This document shows positions 17,808-28,397 of a stretch of 64,000 nt of DNA, piece after piece (position 1 is the stretch's first letter; every line of letters starts with the position of its first letter). The notes beneath the pieces are model-generated. The model saw only the letters and a list, made by a program, of their open reading frames with translations. It was not told the DNA's origin and did not search any database. Origin of the DNA: an uncultured delta proteobacterium. Lineage in GTDB: Bacteria > Desulfobacterota > Desulfomonilia > UBA1062. The stretch spans positions 1 through 64,000 of the forward strand of contig CAWCTR010000005.1 of NCBI GenBank assembly GCA_963798485.1. Reading direction: 5' to 3'. The position numbers and the translations under genes were made by a program.

Positions 17808-18159
17808 AGGGTTCACCCTGTTGGAGGTGCTCGTTGCGCTGGTTATCTTAAGCATCACCTTCCTATGGCTTCTGTCTGCGGAGAACCAGGGAATCGATAT
17901 GGCCATAAGGTCGCGCTTCCTCACAACCTCAAGCCTTCTCGCCCAGGGGCGTATAGCCGATGTCACCTCGGGGATACGCACCGTTTCTCCAGGCGATAGC
18001 CAGGGGGATTTTGGCGATGACTATAAGGGGTATACCTACTCGGAAACGATTGAAACCACCCCATTGACCGATTACCTCAAATACACCCTGAGCGTGAAAT
18101 GGGGCGGGACGGGGAGTCCCCTTGAGACGGAATTCATCACTTTTCTCTCTACGAAATAA
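17800..18159 (+). CDS. gspI: T2SS minor pseudopilin
   Basis: KGFTLLEVLVALVIL; gene order. Confidence 0.85.
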   Translation: MDKGFTLLEVLVALVILSITFLWLLSAENQGIDMAIRSRFLTTSSLLAQGRIADVTSGIRTVSPGDSQGDFGDDYKGYTYSETIETTPLTDYLKYTLSVKWGGTGSPLETEFITFLSTK

Positions 18160-18820
18160 GGGCTTCACCCTCCTGGAACTGCTGCTGGCAATAGCTATTA
18201 CAGCGGTTGTTATAACAATCGTAAACTTCGCCTTTTTTCAGTCCAACAAAAACATCGAAGCCGTCCGGACACAGCGGGAGGCTTACCAGACTGTCCGGAT
18301 CGTCATGGACAGGATGATAAAGGACTTGACCTGTGCCTACATACCTTCACCCTCGCTCAGACCCACTATGACAGCCCTTGAACAATCCATGTACCGGTTC
18401 GTGGGGACTGATGACGACAGCAACGGCATTGATAAGGACACCCTTTCATTCACCACGACGACGGACATCGGGTTTTCAAAGGTACCGGGCGGGATCTGCG
18501 AAGTGACCTATTATCTCAAGGAGATGGAGAATAAGAAGGATGTCTTCACCCTCATGCGCAGGGAAGACCCTACCCCCCATTTTGGGGCCACCACGGGGGG
18601 CAGCGAAATGGAGCTCGCAGACGGCGTTCTGGGAATGAATATCATCTATATCGATGATTCAAACCAGGAGGTAAAGGAATGGGACCTTTCCAGGAAGCGG
18701 ACCCTGCCGAAACAGGTGAGGGTGACGCTCACCTTTGAGGCCGGCAAGGATAAGCTGACCTTTACAGGAACAGCGGCCCTGCCGCTGTACGGCATCAAAT
18801 TGGTGCCCCCGCAGGGTTAA
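18122..18820 (+). CDS. gspJ: T2SS minor pseudopilin
   Basis: KGFTLLELLLAI; LPKQVRVTL. Confidence 0.85.
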   Translation: MRRNSSLFSLRNKGFTLLELLLAIAITAVVITIVNFAFFQSNKNIEAVRTQREAYQTVRIVMDRMIKDLTCAYIPSPSLRPTMTALEQSMYRFVGTDDDSNGIDKDTLSFTTTTDIGFSKVPGGICEVTYYLKEMENKKDVFTLMRREDPTPHFGATTGGSEMELADGVLGMNIIYIDDSNQEVKEWDLSRKRTLPKQVRVTLTFEAGKDKLTFTGTAALPLYGIKLVPPQG

Positions 18821-18827
18821 CCTAAGC

Positions 18828-19805
18828 ATGGTGAGACTTAAAGACAAAAGAGGGGTCGTCCTCATCTTAGTGCTGTGCATGGTAGCGCTGTTTTCCGCCA
18901 TGATCATCACCTTCAGTTCCGACGAGGGCCTCGATATCGAGCTGGCCTATAACTTCCACGACTCCATCCAGGCACAATACATCGCCCTGGCAGGTGTGGA
19001 GGCCGCCAGGGCCATCCTTGTCCAGGACGATCCCAGCCATGACTCCCTTGATGAAAAGTGGGCCGAATTCCCGGTATATGCCGCCACTGCCTCCACCTAC
19101 CTGAACGGTGCACAACTCACCGGTACCATTACGGATGAATGCTCCAAGTTTGACCTGAACAGCCTGGCTATTAAAGACAGCTATACTGAATTAAGGAAAC
19201 AGCAGTTCCAGAGACTTTTTACCCTGCAGAATATCGATATCACCCAGGAGGAGCTCGATGACCTGACCAATTCCGTTATCGATTGGGTGGATATTGACAG
19301 CGAGGTTACCATGGGAGGCGCTGAGGATGAATACTACCTGTCGTTAGAGCCTCCGTACCATTGTAAGAACGCACCCATGGACAGTATCGAGGAGATACTA
19401 CTGGTAAAGGGAATGAAGAGCGAGTATTTTTTCGGCACCGAAAATTATGAAGGCATCAGAAACTATGTGACGGTGGGTCCCGTGAGCTCCGGTGGAAAGA
19501 TCAACATCAACACCGCATCCGAGATGGTGCTCAAGAGCATATCTGAACATTTCAACGAGGACGTGGTGAGCAGCATTATTGCGTGCAGGCCGTTCACTGC
19601 CCATAATTTCTCCTGTGCCCATGGCCTTGATTTTTCAGATGCATCGGACGAAAGCAAATGGATTAATAGCATTCTTGATATAAAGAGCTCACGCTTTTCA
19701 GTAGATGTAAAAGGTGTTATGCCTTCAGGGGCGCAGGTTAATGTGAAATCTATACTGGAACGCATTAACAATAATGTGCGAATAGTGTATTATAGGATTC
19801 ACTGA
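18828..19805 (+). CDS. gspK: T2SS minor pseudopilin
   Basis: RGVVLILVL, IDWVDID, GAEDEYY, ININTA. Confidence 0.92.
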   Translation: MVRLKDKRGVVLILVLCMVALFSAMIITFSSDEGLDIELAYNFHDSIQAQYIALAGVEAARAILVQDDPSHDSLDEKWAEFPVYAATASTYLNGAQLTGTITDECSKFDLNSLAIKDSYTELRKQQFQRLFTLQNIDITQEELDDLTNSVIDWVDIDSEVTMGGAEDEYYLSLEPPYHCKNAPMDSIEEILLVKGMKSEYFFGTENYEGIRNYVTVGPVSSGGKININTASEMVLKSISEHFNEDVVSSIIACRPFTAHNFSCAHGLDFSDASDESKWINSILDIKSSRFSVDVKGVMPSGAQVNVKSILERINNNVRIVYYRIH

Positions 19806-19811
19806 GGTGGC

Positions 19812-21332
19812 ATGAGAACTGTCATTACGAGGAAAACATTAGGTGTCTGCTGGGATGATCGCCAGGTGCAGGGGTGTATTATCCGCTCCGGGATAGCGGA
19901 TACCGCTATAGAAAAGCTTATGCGCATCCCCCGTGAGCTGAACCCGGCCCTTAGACCTGTCCATACAATCTCCGAAGACCTGAAATCATTTATCCGGCAG
20001 CTCGGAGGGGAAGCAGAGACTTGTGTGACCTGCCTGGACGAACCCGAGATCATGTACCGGACACTCTCAAGGCCCTTTTCCGACCGCAAGAAGATCACCG
20101 ACACCATCGGTTCCGAGGTGGAGACCTTGCTCCCAACCATGGATTCCAGGCTGGTGGTGGATTTCGTACTGCTGGGGAAGGACAAGGGTGGATCGCATAT
20201 CATTCAGTCGCTCAGTGCGCGCACGACATCGGTGCAGAACCTCGTTACGGTTTGCAAGAATGCCGGTCTTGACCCGGAGATCGTAGACTGTCCCAGCGCG
20301 GCAATAGCTGCAGGGGCAAGGGCTTTGCTCGAGCTTCCGGACGATAAGATTCTCGTTGTCGTGCATATGGGGTGGTCGGAAACCTCTGTGGCAGTCCTTA
20401 TGGGCAAGACCATTAAATACATCGGCGCATTGCCCTTGGGGTTTGAAAGGGTCGTCGTTTCGGATATCCTTCAAGATGCACAGGCAACTGCAGCGCTTAT
20501 TGAAAAGATGCAATCAGGGACAATAGAGCCGGGTGAGCGCCTCACAAGCCTTTTCCGGGAGATCTCCATCATGCTTGAGAAGAGCGGTGAGCGTCAAGGC
20601 GAGCAGGTCTTGCTGGCCACCGGATACGCGCGTCTCATCAAAGATTTTTCTCAAAAGGCGCAAGATTCACTGGGTATGAGCGTTCTTGACCCAACGCTCA
20701 AAGGTATTCAGTTCGAAGGGTCCATGGATGACCTCCTGTCCGGTTTCCTGAGTGCGTCTTTAGCTTGCAGGGGCTTTGATGAGACGGATGAGACCAATTT
20801 CCGCCAGGGCGAACTCGGCTTGACCAAACACATGAAGAAGCTGAAGGGCTATGCAGGTCCATGGGTCAAGGCCGCACTCGTGCTCCTGGTGATCTGGATC
20901 TTCGGGCTTGTCCTGGATGTCTTTCTCCTGGCGAGGACAAATGCCGGCCTCACCAGAAAGATCAATGTCGAGTTTGCATCCGTCATGCCCAAGGGAACCC
21001 CTATGGTGGACCCGATCAAGCAGATGGAGCAGCAACTAGGGAGACTCTCAGGGAAGTCCGGAGCCTTTGACGGGGAGGCGGCCGATTCGCCCCTTGAAAT
21101 CCTCAAGGACTTAAGCACGGGTATTCCTGCAACCCTTGACGTTGTTTTTGATTCCATCAATATCGAACAGGACAGCATTACGCTCTCGGGCAGCACAAAC
21201 AGCTATAATAATGTGGAGCAGATGCAGGCGGTAATTGCAAAGCTGCCGTATGTGAAAGAGGTGAAGATCGTCTCTGCAAATGTGGATAAAACCGATCAGA
21301 AGGTGAAGCTGAAGCTCGTATGCAAAAAATAA
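19812..21332 (+). CDS. gspL: T2SS GspL/PilM-like protein
   Basis: Actin-like cytoplasmic part, single TM, PilN-like C-terminus; gene order. Confidence 0.8.
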   Translation: MRTVITRKTLGVCWDDRQVQGCIIRSGIADTAIEKLMRIPRELNPALRPVHTISEDLKSFIRQLGGEAETCVTCLDEPEIMYRTLSRPFSDRKKITDTIGSEVETLLPTMDSRLVVDFVLLGKDKGGSHIIQSLSARTTSVQNLVTVCKNAGLDPEIVDCPSAAIAAGARALLELPDDKILVVVHMGWSETSVAVLMGKTIKYIGALPLGFERVVVSDILQDAQATAALIEKMQSGTIEPGERLTSLFREISIMLEKSGERQGEQVLLATGYARLIKDFSQKAQDSLGMSVLDPTLKGIQFEGSMDDLLSGFLSASLACRGFDETDETNFRQGELGLTKHMKKLKGYAGPWVKAALVLLVIWIFGLVLDVFLLARTNAGLTRKINVEFASVMPKGTPMVDPIKQMEQQLGRLSGKSGAFDGEAADSPLEILKDLSTGIPATLDVVFDSINIEQDSITLSGSTNSYNNVEQMQAVIAKLPYVKEVKIVSANVDKTDQKVKLKLVCKK

Positions 21333-21922
21333 AATTCAAGATACCTATCAGGGTTGATACCCGCAAGCTCAAAGAGCTTGCATTGCCCGTAGAACAGGCC
21401 CTTGGCAGGGCCCTCGACTACCTGGCCGGGCTGGCCCCCAGGGAGCGGCTTATCGTCATCGGCGGGGCGGTTTTTGTGAGCGTGTTCATTCTCCTGGCCG
21501 GCATAATCGGTCCGCTCATACACTATAAGTCAAACCTTGAGAAATCCTTTGTAGCCAAAGATGCCCAGCTGAGGAAGATCTATACCATGTCGGCCGGCAT
21601 CAGAGGGCTTCAGGCCTCTTCCGCTTCCAGCGCCCTCTTGGGAAACAAACAGTTCACCCTGTTCGGCTACCTGGAAGAACTCTCCGTCCAACTTAAGATC
21701 AATGACCGGATCGAGTACATGAAACCCATCACCGATACAACCGAGGCTACCCGCGAATCCGTAGAGGTAAAGATCAGGGGGCTCTACCAGGAAGACCTCA
21801 TCGGCCTGCTCTTCGGCATTGAGAACACCGATCACCCGGTAAAGGTCAAACGGCTGAATCTGAAAAAAATGGATAAAGAAGGGAATCTCGACGTAACATT
21901 CCAGGTGGTCTCCTATGGCTGA
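21320..21922 (+). CDS. gspM: T2SS GspM
   Basis: LAPRERL + TM; gene order. Confidence 0.8.
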   Translation: MQKIKFKIPIRVDTRKLKELALPVEQALGRALDYLAGLAPRERLIVIGGAVFVSVFILLAGIIGPLIHYKSNLEKSFVAKDAQLRKIYTMSAGIRGLQASSASSALLGNKQFTLFGYLEELSVQLKINDRIEYMKPITDTTEATRESVEVKIRGLYQEDLIGLLFGIENTDHPVKVKRLNLKKMDKEGNLDVTFQVVSYG

Positions 21923-22979
21923 TGCTGCGGAGCGGTATCGCATACTCATAAAGATCGGGCTCGGTCTGTATGCGGCTCTGTGCCTGGTGATATTCATCTG
22001 GATACGCTTCTCTTATGACTCCATAAAATACAAGGTTGAAGAGGCCTTGACGAATGTCATGGGAAACCAGGTCACGCTCGGCCATATAAAACCCAACTTC
22101 CTGTGGGGTTTTACAATAGACTCCATGGAGATCAAGGGTGTTCCGGTTGCCAAGCGCCTCACCATCTCGCCGAAACCGTGGGACATCTTCAGGGGCAGCC
22201 TCGGCTTCGGATTTCATGCCGACCTGGCAGCCGGTACGACGGATGGGCACATGATGCTCCCCTTCAGAAAAGACAAGACCCCCATGAATATCACGGTTGA
22301 CATGACGAATGTAGATCTGTCGGGGCTCTCAAAGGTTTTTCCCCCGAACTTGACTCCCAAGGGGATCGTGAGCGGGGAGCTTAACCTCATCACACTGCGC
22401 AATTCCCTTGACAAGGCTACGGGAAACCTTGCGCTCACCTGGAAGAAAGGCACCTTGCCGCTCGGTATGGAGTCACTCCCGTTTGATTCATTGATCTTCG
22501 ATAACCTGGATTTTGACGGCCGCATAGATAAGGGCCTTTTGAACCTCGAAAAGGCTGACTTCACCGGTGAGTTTTCAGGGACCATGAACGGGAGTATAAG
22601 GTTTTCAAGTGAGATGAAAAGGTCAAGGCTCGCCATTACCGGCGAACTCAACCTCCCGGAGTCAATAAAAAAGTCCCTTGGCCCTGAATATGACTCTTCA
22701 GGCCAGGGAAACAGGTTCAGCCTCAGGGGAAGCATTGAGAGGCCGAGGTTCCGCATGCTGAGCACAAACGGCAGGCAGATGCCGGCCGGCCCGGTACAGG
22801 ATGACAATACGAACCCACAGCCGCAACCTTCTCCCCTTGAACGCCGGCAGACAGAGCGCTTGAAACAGGAACCAGCGTCACCAACCCAGCCGAGCGCATC
22901 CATTGACCGGCGCATGCCGGACAGAAGGGTTCCCGATGAGATGCAAAACGAAAAGGAACCGGAACCAGAGGGGCAATGA
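21915..22979 (+). CDS. gspN: T2SS GspN
   Basis: N-terminal TM, beta-rich body, LRGSIERP; gene order. Confidence 0.7.
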   Translation: MADAAERYRILIKIGLGLYAALCLVIFIWIRFSYDSIKYKVEEALTNVMGNQVTLGHIKPNFLWGFTIDSMEIKGVPVAKRLTISPKPWDIFRGSLGFGFHADLAAGTTDGHMMLPFRKDKTPMNITVDMTNVDLSGLSKVFPPNLTPKGIVSGELNLITLRNSLDKATGNLALTWKKGTLPLGMESLPFDSLIFDNLDFDGRIDKGLLNLEKADFTGEFSGTMNGSIRFSSEMKRSRLAITGELNLPESIKKSLGPEYDSSGQGNRFSLRGSIERPRFRMLSTNGRQMPAGPVQDDNTNPQPQPSPLERRQTERLKQEPASPTQPSASIDRRMPDRRVPDEMQNEKEPEPEGQ

Positions 22980-22980
22980 C

Positions 22981-23658
22981 ATGAGCAATCAAAACGAATT
23001 CAAAAAGCATTTTCCCCAGGCCATAAGGCTGTCCTGGGAGGAAGTGGAGGAACTTCTCTGGAAGGTCTTTCTCGACATGAAGGGCCAGGGCTATGATCCG
23101 GATGTCGTTATCGGCGTGGCGAGGGGAGGACTTGCCCCTGCCCGTATCCTTATGGATTACCTTCAGAAGAAATATATCTGCACCTTTCAGATGGGGCATT
23201 GGGATGGCGAGGCGTCTTTAAGCGAGAAGCCCAAAATCGTCTTTCCGCTGCCTGATGTTGATCTCACACTTAAGCGTGTACTGGTAGTTGACGACGTATC
23301 CGATGAAGGCGGAACTTTAGAGGAGGTAGTGTCATACCTTGCGCCACGGGTTAAGGAAATCCGTACGGCTGTCCTGGTGAGCAAATCGGATTCACGCCTG
23401 AAAGCGGACTTCTGCTCCAAGACCATGGGTGAGTGGAGGTGGGTTATGTTCCCCTGGACAAAGCATGAGGACCTCCTCTCTTTTACGGAAAAGGCCCTCC
23501 AGCTCACGGGCGGGGCGAGTGTGGAGGACATCATCAGGGTGTTACAGGATGCCATGGACATCGAGATTGCAAGACACGAGATCGAACAGGTGTTATCCGA
23601 CATGCATCTATCCCGGGAGGTTACCGAGGACACTCATAAGATATGGACGTTGATATAG
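22981..23658 (+). CDS. Type I phosphoribosyltransferase
   Basis: GVARGGL, VLVVDDVSDEGGTL, WVMFPW. Confidence 0.9.
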   Translation: MSNQNEFKKHFPQAIRLSWEEVEELLWKVFLDMKGQGYDPDVVIGVARGGLAPARILMDYLQKKYICTFQMGHWDGEASLSEKPKIVFPLPDVDLTLKRVLVVDDVSDEGGTLEEVVSYLAPRVKEIRTAVLVSKSDSRLKADFCSKTMGEWRWVMFPWTKHEDLLSFTEKALQLTGGASVEDIIRVLQDAMDIEIARHEIEQVLSDMHLSREVTEDTHKIWTLI

Positions 23659-25340
23659 CAAGACTGGGGGCTATCCTCTCTCCGTATTTCGTGTTGATAA
23701 AAGATTCGGGGGTTGAATATGTCAGTGACGGCCTTGCAAAGAGGCTGGGCGTCATGGGCGAGCAGCTTAAAAAGAACCTGGAAGAAATGCCCGAGCTCTT
23801 TACGTCCGTGCAACATGTGCCGGGTACTGTCTCGCTGACCTCGGCAAACTCGGAAGCGAACAGATTTACCTGCACATCCATATCCCTTGATAGCTGCCGT
23901 GTGATAGCCTTTTGTGAAGAATTGCCGAAACACAAGCCCATCATGGAGTATGCCGACCGCGACACCTTTGTCCGCATGTTTACCACTGCTCATATGGGGT
24001 GCCTCGTTGTTGATGAAGGGAGGGTAGTTTATACCAATGATTTTCTCTGCTCGCTGTTAGGGCTCAAATATGAACAGGTGCTCGGCAGCAATGTTATAGA
24101 ACTCATTTCCAAGGATAGCAGGCCTGAATTCATCAGGGCTTGCCAGCGATGGTATGATCTTGATGGTACGACCGGTGATGTCTATGAGATCATGTTAACC
24201 TCAGAGCGTAGTACACGTCTTCATTTTATGGCCAAAGGGGGGTGGCTTGCGAGAGGATCGAGGCAACTGGTCTGGATAATCCTTAATGACATAACCGAGA
24301 ACGATAAGCTCAAGCGGTCATTGAAGGAAGAGCGGCAGAAATACTCCGAGCTGTTCGACAAGTCACCCGCCGGCATTATGTACATCAGCCCAAGGGGCAA
24401 GATCATCGATTGCAACGATTATGTTGCTGCAATCATAGGATACCCAAAGGACCAAATCAATGGGAGCCTGTTTACCAAGTTCGTCACCCAAGACCAGGCC
24501 GAGGTTCTCAGGGGTGATTTCAGCAATCTCTTTATAAACGGCGCCGAGATCAAGAAACGCGAATGCGTCATCAATACTTCCAGCGGCCAGACCGTGTACA
24601 TTGAGTACAATGCCCAGGTGATCTCCAGAAGAGGACACCCAGCAAAGGCGCTGATGATGCTGAATGACGTGACGGACAAAAAGGCCCTTGAGCTGGAATT
24701 GCTGGAAAAGAATTCAGAGATGGAGCGCACGCTGTGGGATATGGCCGAGGTGAAAGATGCGCTTGAGGCCCGTGCCGGCGAGCTCAACAAGGCCTCGGAA
24801 GACCTCAAACTCCTCAATGAAAAGCTCAACCTGCTCTCCATCACCGACGGGCTCACCGAGGTCTACAACCACCGTCATTTCCAGGACCGTCTCTATGAAG
24901 AGATTGAGCGCCTTAACCGGCAGAAGGACGGCGTGCTTTCTCTGCTCATCCTTGACATCGACGATTTCAAGCGCTTCAATGACAGCTATGGCCACCAGTG
25001 CGGGGACATAGTGCTCAAGCAGATCGCAGGGTTGTTAAAGGGCTCGATTCGTACTATCGACATCCTGGCGCGTTATGGAGGCGAGGAGTTTGCCATCATC
25101 CTGCCCAACTCAAATACCGAGCAGGCGGTTATCGCTGCTGAGAGAATCTGCCAGACCATACGCTCAACGCCGTTTTCCTATGGAGCTGCCGTAAATGCCA
25201 AGGTCACGGTGAGCATCGGGGTAGCGACCATAACAAGCAACCAGCCGGAAAAGGCTGAGCTTGTCAGGAAGGCCGACAGCGCAATGTATGCAGCCAAGGC
25301 AAAATGGAAGGACAGGGTAGAGGTTTGGGAAGAGGACTGA
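23643..25340 (+). CDS. PAS-domain diguanylate cyclase
   Basis: TDGLT..YN, DIDDFKRFNDSYGH, RTID I-site, RYGGEEF. Confidence 0.95.
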   Translation: MDVDIARLGAILSPYFVLIKDSGVEYVSDGLAKRLGVMGEQLKKNLEEMPELFTSVQHVPGTVSLTSANSEANRFTCTSISLDSCRVIAFCEELPKHKPIMEYADRDTFVRMFTTAHMGCLVVDEGRVVYTNDFLCSLLGLKYEQVLGSNVIELISKDSRPEFIRACQRWYDLDGTTGDVYEIMLTSERSTRLHFMAKGGWLARGSRQLVWIILNDITENDKLKRSLKEERQKYSELFDKSPAGIMYISPRGKIIDCNDYVAAIIGYPKDQINGSLFTKFVTQDQAEVLRGDFSNLFINGAEIKKRECVINTSSGQTVYIEYNAQVISRRGHPAKALMMLNDVTDKKALELELLEKNSEMERTLWDMAEVKDALEARAGELNKASEDLKLLNEKLNLLSITDGLTEVYNHRHFQDRLYEEIERLNRQKDGVLSLLILDIDDFKRFNDSYGHQCGDIVLKQIAGLLKGSIRTIDILARYGGEEFAIILPNSNTEQAVIAAERICQTIRSTPFSYGAAVNAKVTVSIGVATITSNQPEKAELVRKADSAMYAAKAKWKDRVEVWEED

Positions 25341-25981
25341 GCATTTCCTTTGACCTTGATGGGACCTTGACCGACCCGGCCTTTGTAGATGGCGTCTGGA
25401 ATGAGGGCCTTCCGAGGCTCGTGGGCAAGAGCCGCGGCATTGTCCTGGAAGAGGCTCTTAAGCTCTGTATGGATGCCTACCGTAGCGTTGGGGAGGCATC
25501 GATTAAGTGGTACCGGCTTTCCCATTGGCTCGACCACTTCGGATTAAGCCATGTCGACGAAGAAGAGCTCATTAAAGGCTTCGTTCCCCGTATCAAGATC
25601 TTCGAGGATGCCTTGAGGGCGGTTACTCACTTCAAGCACAAGGGCTATCCGCTTATACTGTTTTCCAATGCGCCGAGACCCTTTCTGGACAAAGAGGTGC
25701 ATTACTGCTCCCTTGAAGGCTGTTTTGACACCATCGTCTCCCTGCCTGACGATTGGGGCATGGTGAAGTCCCAGGGTGAAGCCTTCATGCGCCTGAAGTC
25801 ATACGTCAATAGTGAGCTCGTCCATGTGGGAGACCATATTCTCTTTGACTGCGAGGTCCCCAGGGAGGCAGGAGTAAAGGCATTTCATATCTGGAGGGGA
25901 AAGGGCCCCCGTCTTCACGATTCGCTTGAGAGCCTTGATGAGTTCGTGGACAGGATACTTTGTGGCCAGGTTCATCCCTGA
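25304..25981 (+). CDS. HAD-superfamily hydrolase (start uncertain)
   Basis: FDLDGTL, LFSN, HVGD...D. Confidence 0.88.
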   Translation: MEGQGRGLGRGLSISFDLDGTLTDPAFVDGVWNEGLPRLVGKSRGIVLEEALKLCMDAYRSVGEASIKWYRLSHWLDHFGLSHVDEEELIKGFVPRIKIFEDALRAVTHFKHKGYPLILFSNAPRPFLDKEVHYCSLEGCFDTIVSLPDDWGMVKSQGEAFMRLKSYVNSELVHVGDHILFDCEVPREAGVKAFHIWRGKGPRLHDSLESLDEFVDRILCGQVHP

Positions 25982-26040
25982 ACGCCTTATCTTAGAAATT
26001 CCGGCTTGACAGGTACTGAGGGTACTGTTTTGATAACACC

Positions 26041-26628
26041 ATGACATGGCGGCCGGTTTCGTGTTTTGCGGTTTCAGCCCTTATGCATGCCCTTGTATTG
26101 ATAATACCCCTTGCGATCATGACGGTGCCCTTTCACCCGCTATCCCCCAAGGAGGATGTCCTTGAGGTAAATCTTGTAGCGGCAACTGTTCAGGATAAAG
26201 GTCCTACGGAGGTGCAGGGCCCTGCCGAAGTACAGGCTCGCGGGGAGGTGAAACCAGAAGCCTCTCATCAAACCATTGATGAGGTGAAAAAGCCCGATGC
26301 CCAGGCCGAAGAGGCAATGAGTTTTGTGACCGACCGCAAGGTGGCTGTGAGTTACCTGGACCGTCTGAAGACCAAGATATTCCTTGTGTGGAAATATCCT
26401 GAGGAAGCCATCCGGATCGGACAGCAAGGCGATGTGAGCATCTCGTTCGTATTGAACAGAAAGGGAGAGCTCATGGATATAGGGGTACTTAAGGGCTCCG
26501 GTTCCCGCAGCCTCGATAAGGCTTCGATAACAGCCGTCAGACAGGCGAACCCATTCGGGCCCTTACCTGATGATATGAGCAACGAGCCGCTGAAAATAAC
26601 AGGCCATTTCCGCTATGTGCTCGATTAG
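26041..26628 (+). CDS. TonB-family protein
   Basis: SALMH anchor; YPEEA...QGDV...GSGSRSLD.AS..AV. Confidence 0.88.
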   Translation: MTWRPVSCFAVSALMHALVLIIPLAIMTVPFHPLSPKEDVLEVNLVAATVQDKGPTEVQGPAEVQARGEVKPEASHQTIDEVKKPDAQAEEAMSFVTDRKVAVSYLDRLKTKIFLVWKYPEEAIRIGQQGDVSISFVLNRKGELMDIGVLKGSGSRSLDKASITAVRQANPFGPLPDDMSNEPLKITGHFRYVLD

Positions 26629-26639
26629 GTAAGGGAAAG

Positions 26640-27731
26640 TTATTTATAAGGCGTAAAGTCAACCCCTCGCAGCTTGCCGCGTTCATCGAACCAGGCCTCT
26701 TCGGTAATCGGCGGAGGAACGATCTTATCGTGGTCTTTTCGTACAAGGCTGATGGCCTCCACCGGGCAGGTGCTGATGCATAACCCGCAGCCTATGCACT
26801 TTTCCGGGGTGATATGGTATGCCTGGTCACCTTCCTCTATGGCCGCCACCTGACAGCGCTCCTGGGCGCAGATGCCGCAGGCGATGCATGTATCCGGATC
26901 GATCTGGGCGTAATAGTGCGAGTTAACCACATCCCAAGCCGGTATGCCCAGCTGGTTTATCGACCGCAAAGGCCCGCAGCAACATTTGCAGCAGTTGCAG
27001 ATAAAGAACTGGCCGTTCTGGAGGTTGTTGGTCATGTGTACGAGCCCCGCTGTTTCCGTCTTTTTCAGCAGCTCATACGCCTCACCCTTGGTGATCACGC
27101 GGCCTATGGGTGACTTGTCGAACACCCCGGGCACCGGCGCCATGGCAAGGCATACCTCTAACGGCCTGTCGCACGGCTTACCCACTAAGGCATTCTCTTT
27201 TTTGCAGATACACTCGTTTACCAAGAACGATTGACTTTTCTCGATGAGTGCGGAAACTCTCTCATAAGGCAGGGCCTCCTGGGCCGGGGAGATAGTCTCT
27301 TCGATAGGAAGTATCTGCATGAGCTGGGGTTTGTTTGTAAAAAACTGCATCCCGTACAGAGGCATATACTGCTCGGCCAGTTCGGCCATTTCCTTGTCGA
27401 TGCGTCCGAGCTGAAATTCGTAGACACCGAATATAAAGGGCAGCATCTTGAAATACCAGGTATCCCCGAATGGGAGTGCAAAGAGTTGCCCGTGTTGCCC
27501 CATGGTTATCAACCTCTCCAGAAGGCCTTCCAGGGGGCGCCCCGTGCGCCGGGCAACCTGTTCGGCAGTCTCGAAGGTCAGGCGCATATCACAGAAGAGG
27601 TCGGCCTCTTCAGGCAGGAAAATCTTTTTCAGCAAGGCGATCTCCACACCGTTGTCCGTGGCAGGGAACCCGTTGGGCAGGGTATCCAGGACCTTGGCTA
27701 ACCTCTTATAGACCTCATCTTGTGAACTCAT
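26640..27731 (-). CDS. 4Fe-4S dicluster protein
   Basis: ICNCCKCCC, CIACGIC...C, CIGCGLCISTCP. Confidence 0.9.
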   Translation of the reverse strand: MSSQDEVYKRLAKVLDTLPNGFPATDNGVEIALLKKIFLPEEADLFCDMRLTFETAEQVARRTGRPLEGLLERLITMGQHGQLFALPFGDTWYFKMLPFIFGVYEFQLGRIDKEMAELAEQYMPLYGMQFFTNKPQLMQILPIEETISPAQEALPYERVSALIEKSQSFLVNECICKKENALVGKPCDRPLEVCLAMAPVPGVFDKSPIGRVITKGEAYELLKKTETAGLVHMTNNLQNGQFFICNCCKCCCGPLRSINQLGIPAWDVVNSHYYAQIDPDTCIACGICAQERCQVAAIEEGDQAYHITPEKCIGCGLCISTCPVEAISLVRKDHDKIVPPPITEEAWFDERGKLRGVDFTPYK

Positions 27732-27744
27732 CGTTGTGCCTCCT

Positions 27745-28335
27745 TTATTTCTTTTTTGGTGACCTTGCCCTTTCCCCGGTTATGATGAGGCCCCCTGTAT
27801 CCATGAGAAAATGGGTGATTTCCTGTTCCGTCATGGGGTCGATGACGTAATTGTTGATGAGCATGGCCAGGCCATGGGAAAAGACCCACATCTTGTTCAG
27901 CACCTCTTTTCTCTGCCCGGTGGACAGCCCGGTCATGATCTCTTCATGCTCGAGCCTGTCCATGAGGACATCGAATACATACCCGCGGTATTTCTTCTGC
28001 CTTTCCCGGTCATCCTCCTGGCCGGGTTGTTTGTAATACATCATCCTGAAGAGTTCCTTCTCCTCCTGGGCGAACATCACATAGCCCACCCCCATATCGA
28101 GAAATCCGAACCTTGACCATTTTTTGGTCTGGTACGAGATGAGTACATCGCTCGCCCTTTTGGCAATCTCGTCCTCGAGGTTCTTCATGGATTTCAGAGC
28201 TGAATAGATGGGCATGGTGGAAGCCCCGAGATCCTGGGCGATTGCCCGGGCAGTGCATTTGCCCCATCCTTGTCTGCGGATCACGTTGAACGCCGCTTCA
28301 ATGATATCCGCTGTGCTGAATTTCTTTTCCGGCAT
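27745..28335 (-). CDS. TetR-family regulator (WHG-type C-terminus)
   Basis: IIEAAF...TARAIA..LGASTMPIYS; WVFSHGLA. Confidence 0.9.
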   Translation of the reverse strand: MPEKKFSTADIIEAAFNVIRRQGWGKCTARAIAQDLGASTMPIYSALKSMKNLEDEIAKRASDVLISYQTKKWSRFGFLDMGVGYVMFAQEEKELFRMMYYKQPGQEDDRERQKKYRGYVFDVLMDRLEHEEIMTGLSTGQRKEVLNKMWVFSHGLAMLINNYVIDPMTEQEITHFLMDTGGLIITGERARSPKKK

Positions 28336-28347
28336 GAGAACGTCCTT

Positions 28348-28386
28348 AATAACAGTTGTTATATAACAACTGTTATTTATTGTCAA
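28348..28386 (-). promoter_or_regulatory. TetR promoter overlapped by a 30-bp perfect palindrome
   Basis: TTGACA-N17-TATAAC; AATAACAGTTGTTAT/ATAACAACTGTTATT. Confidence 0.85.
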
Positions 28387-28397
28387 GAAAAAGACGA

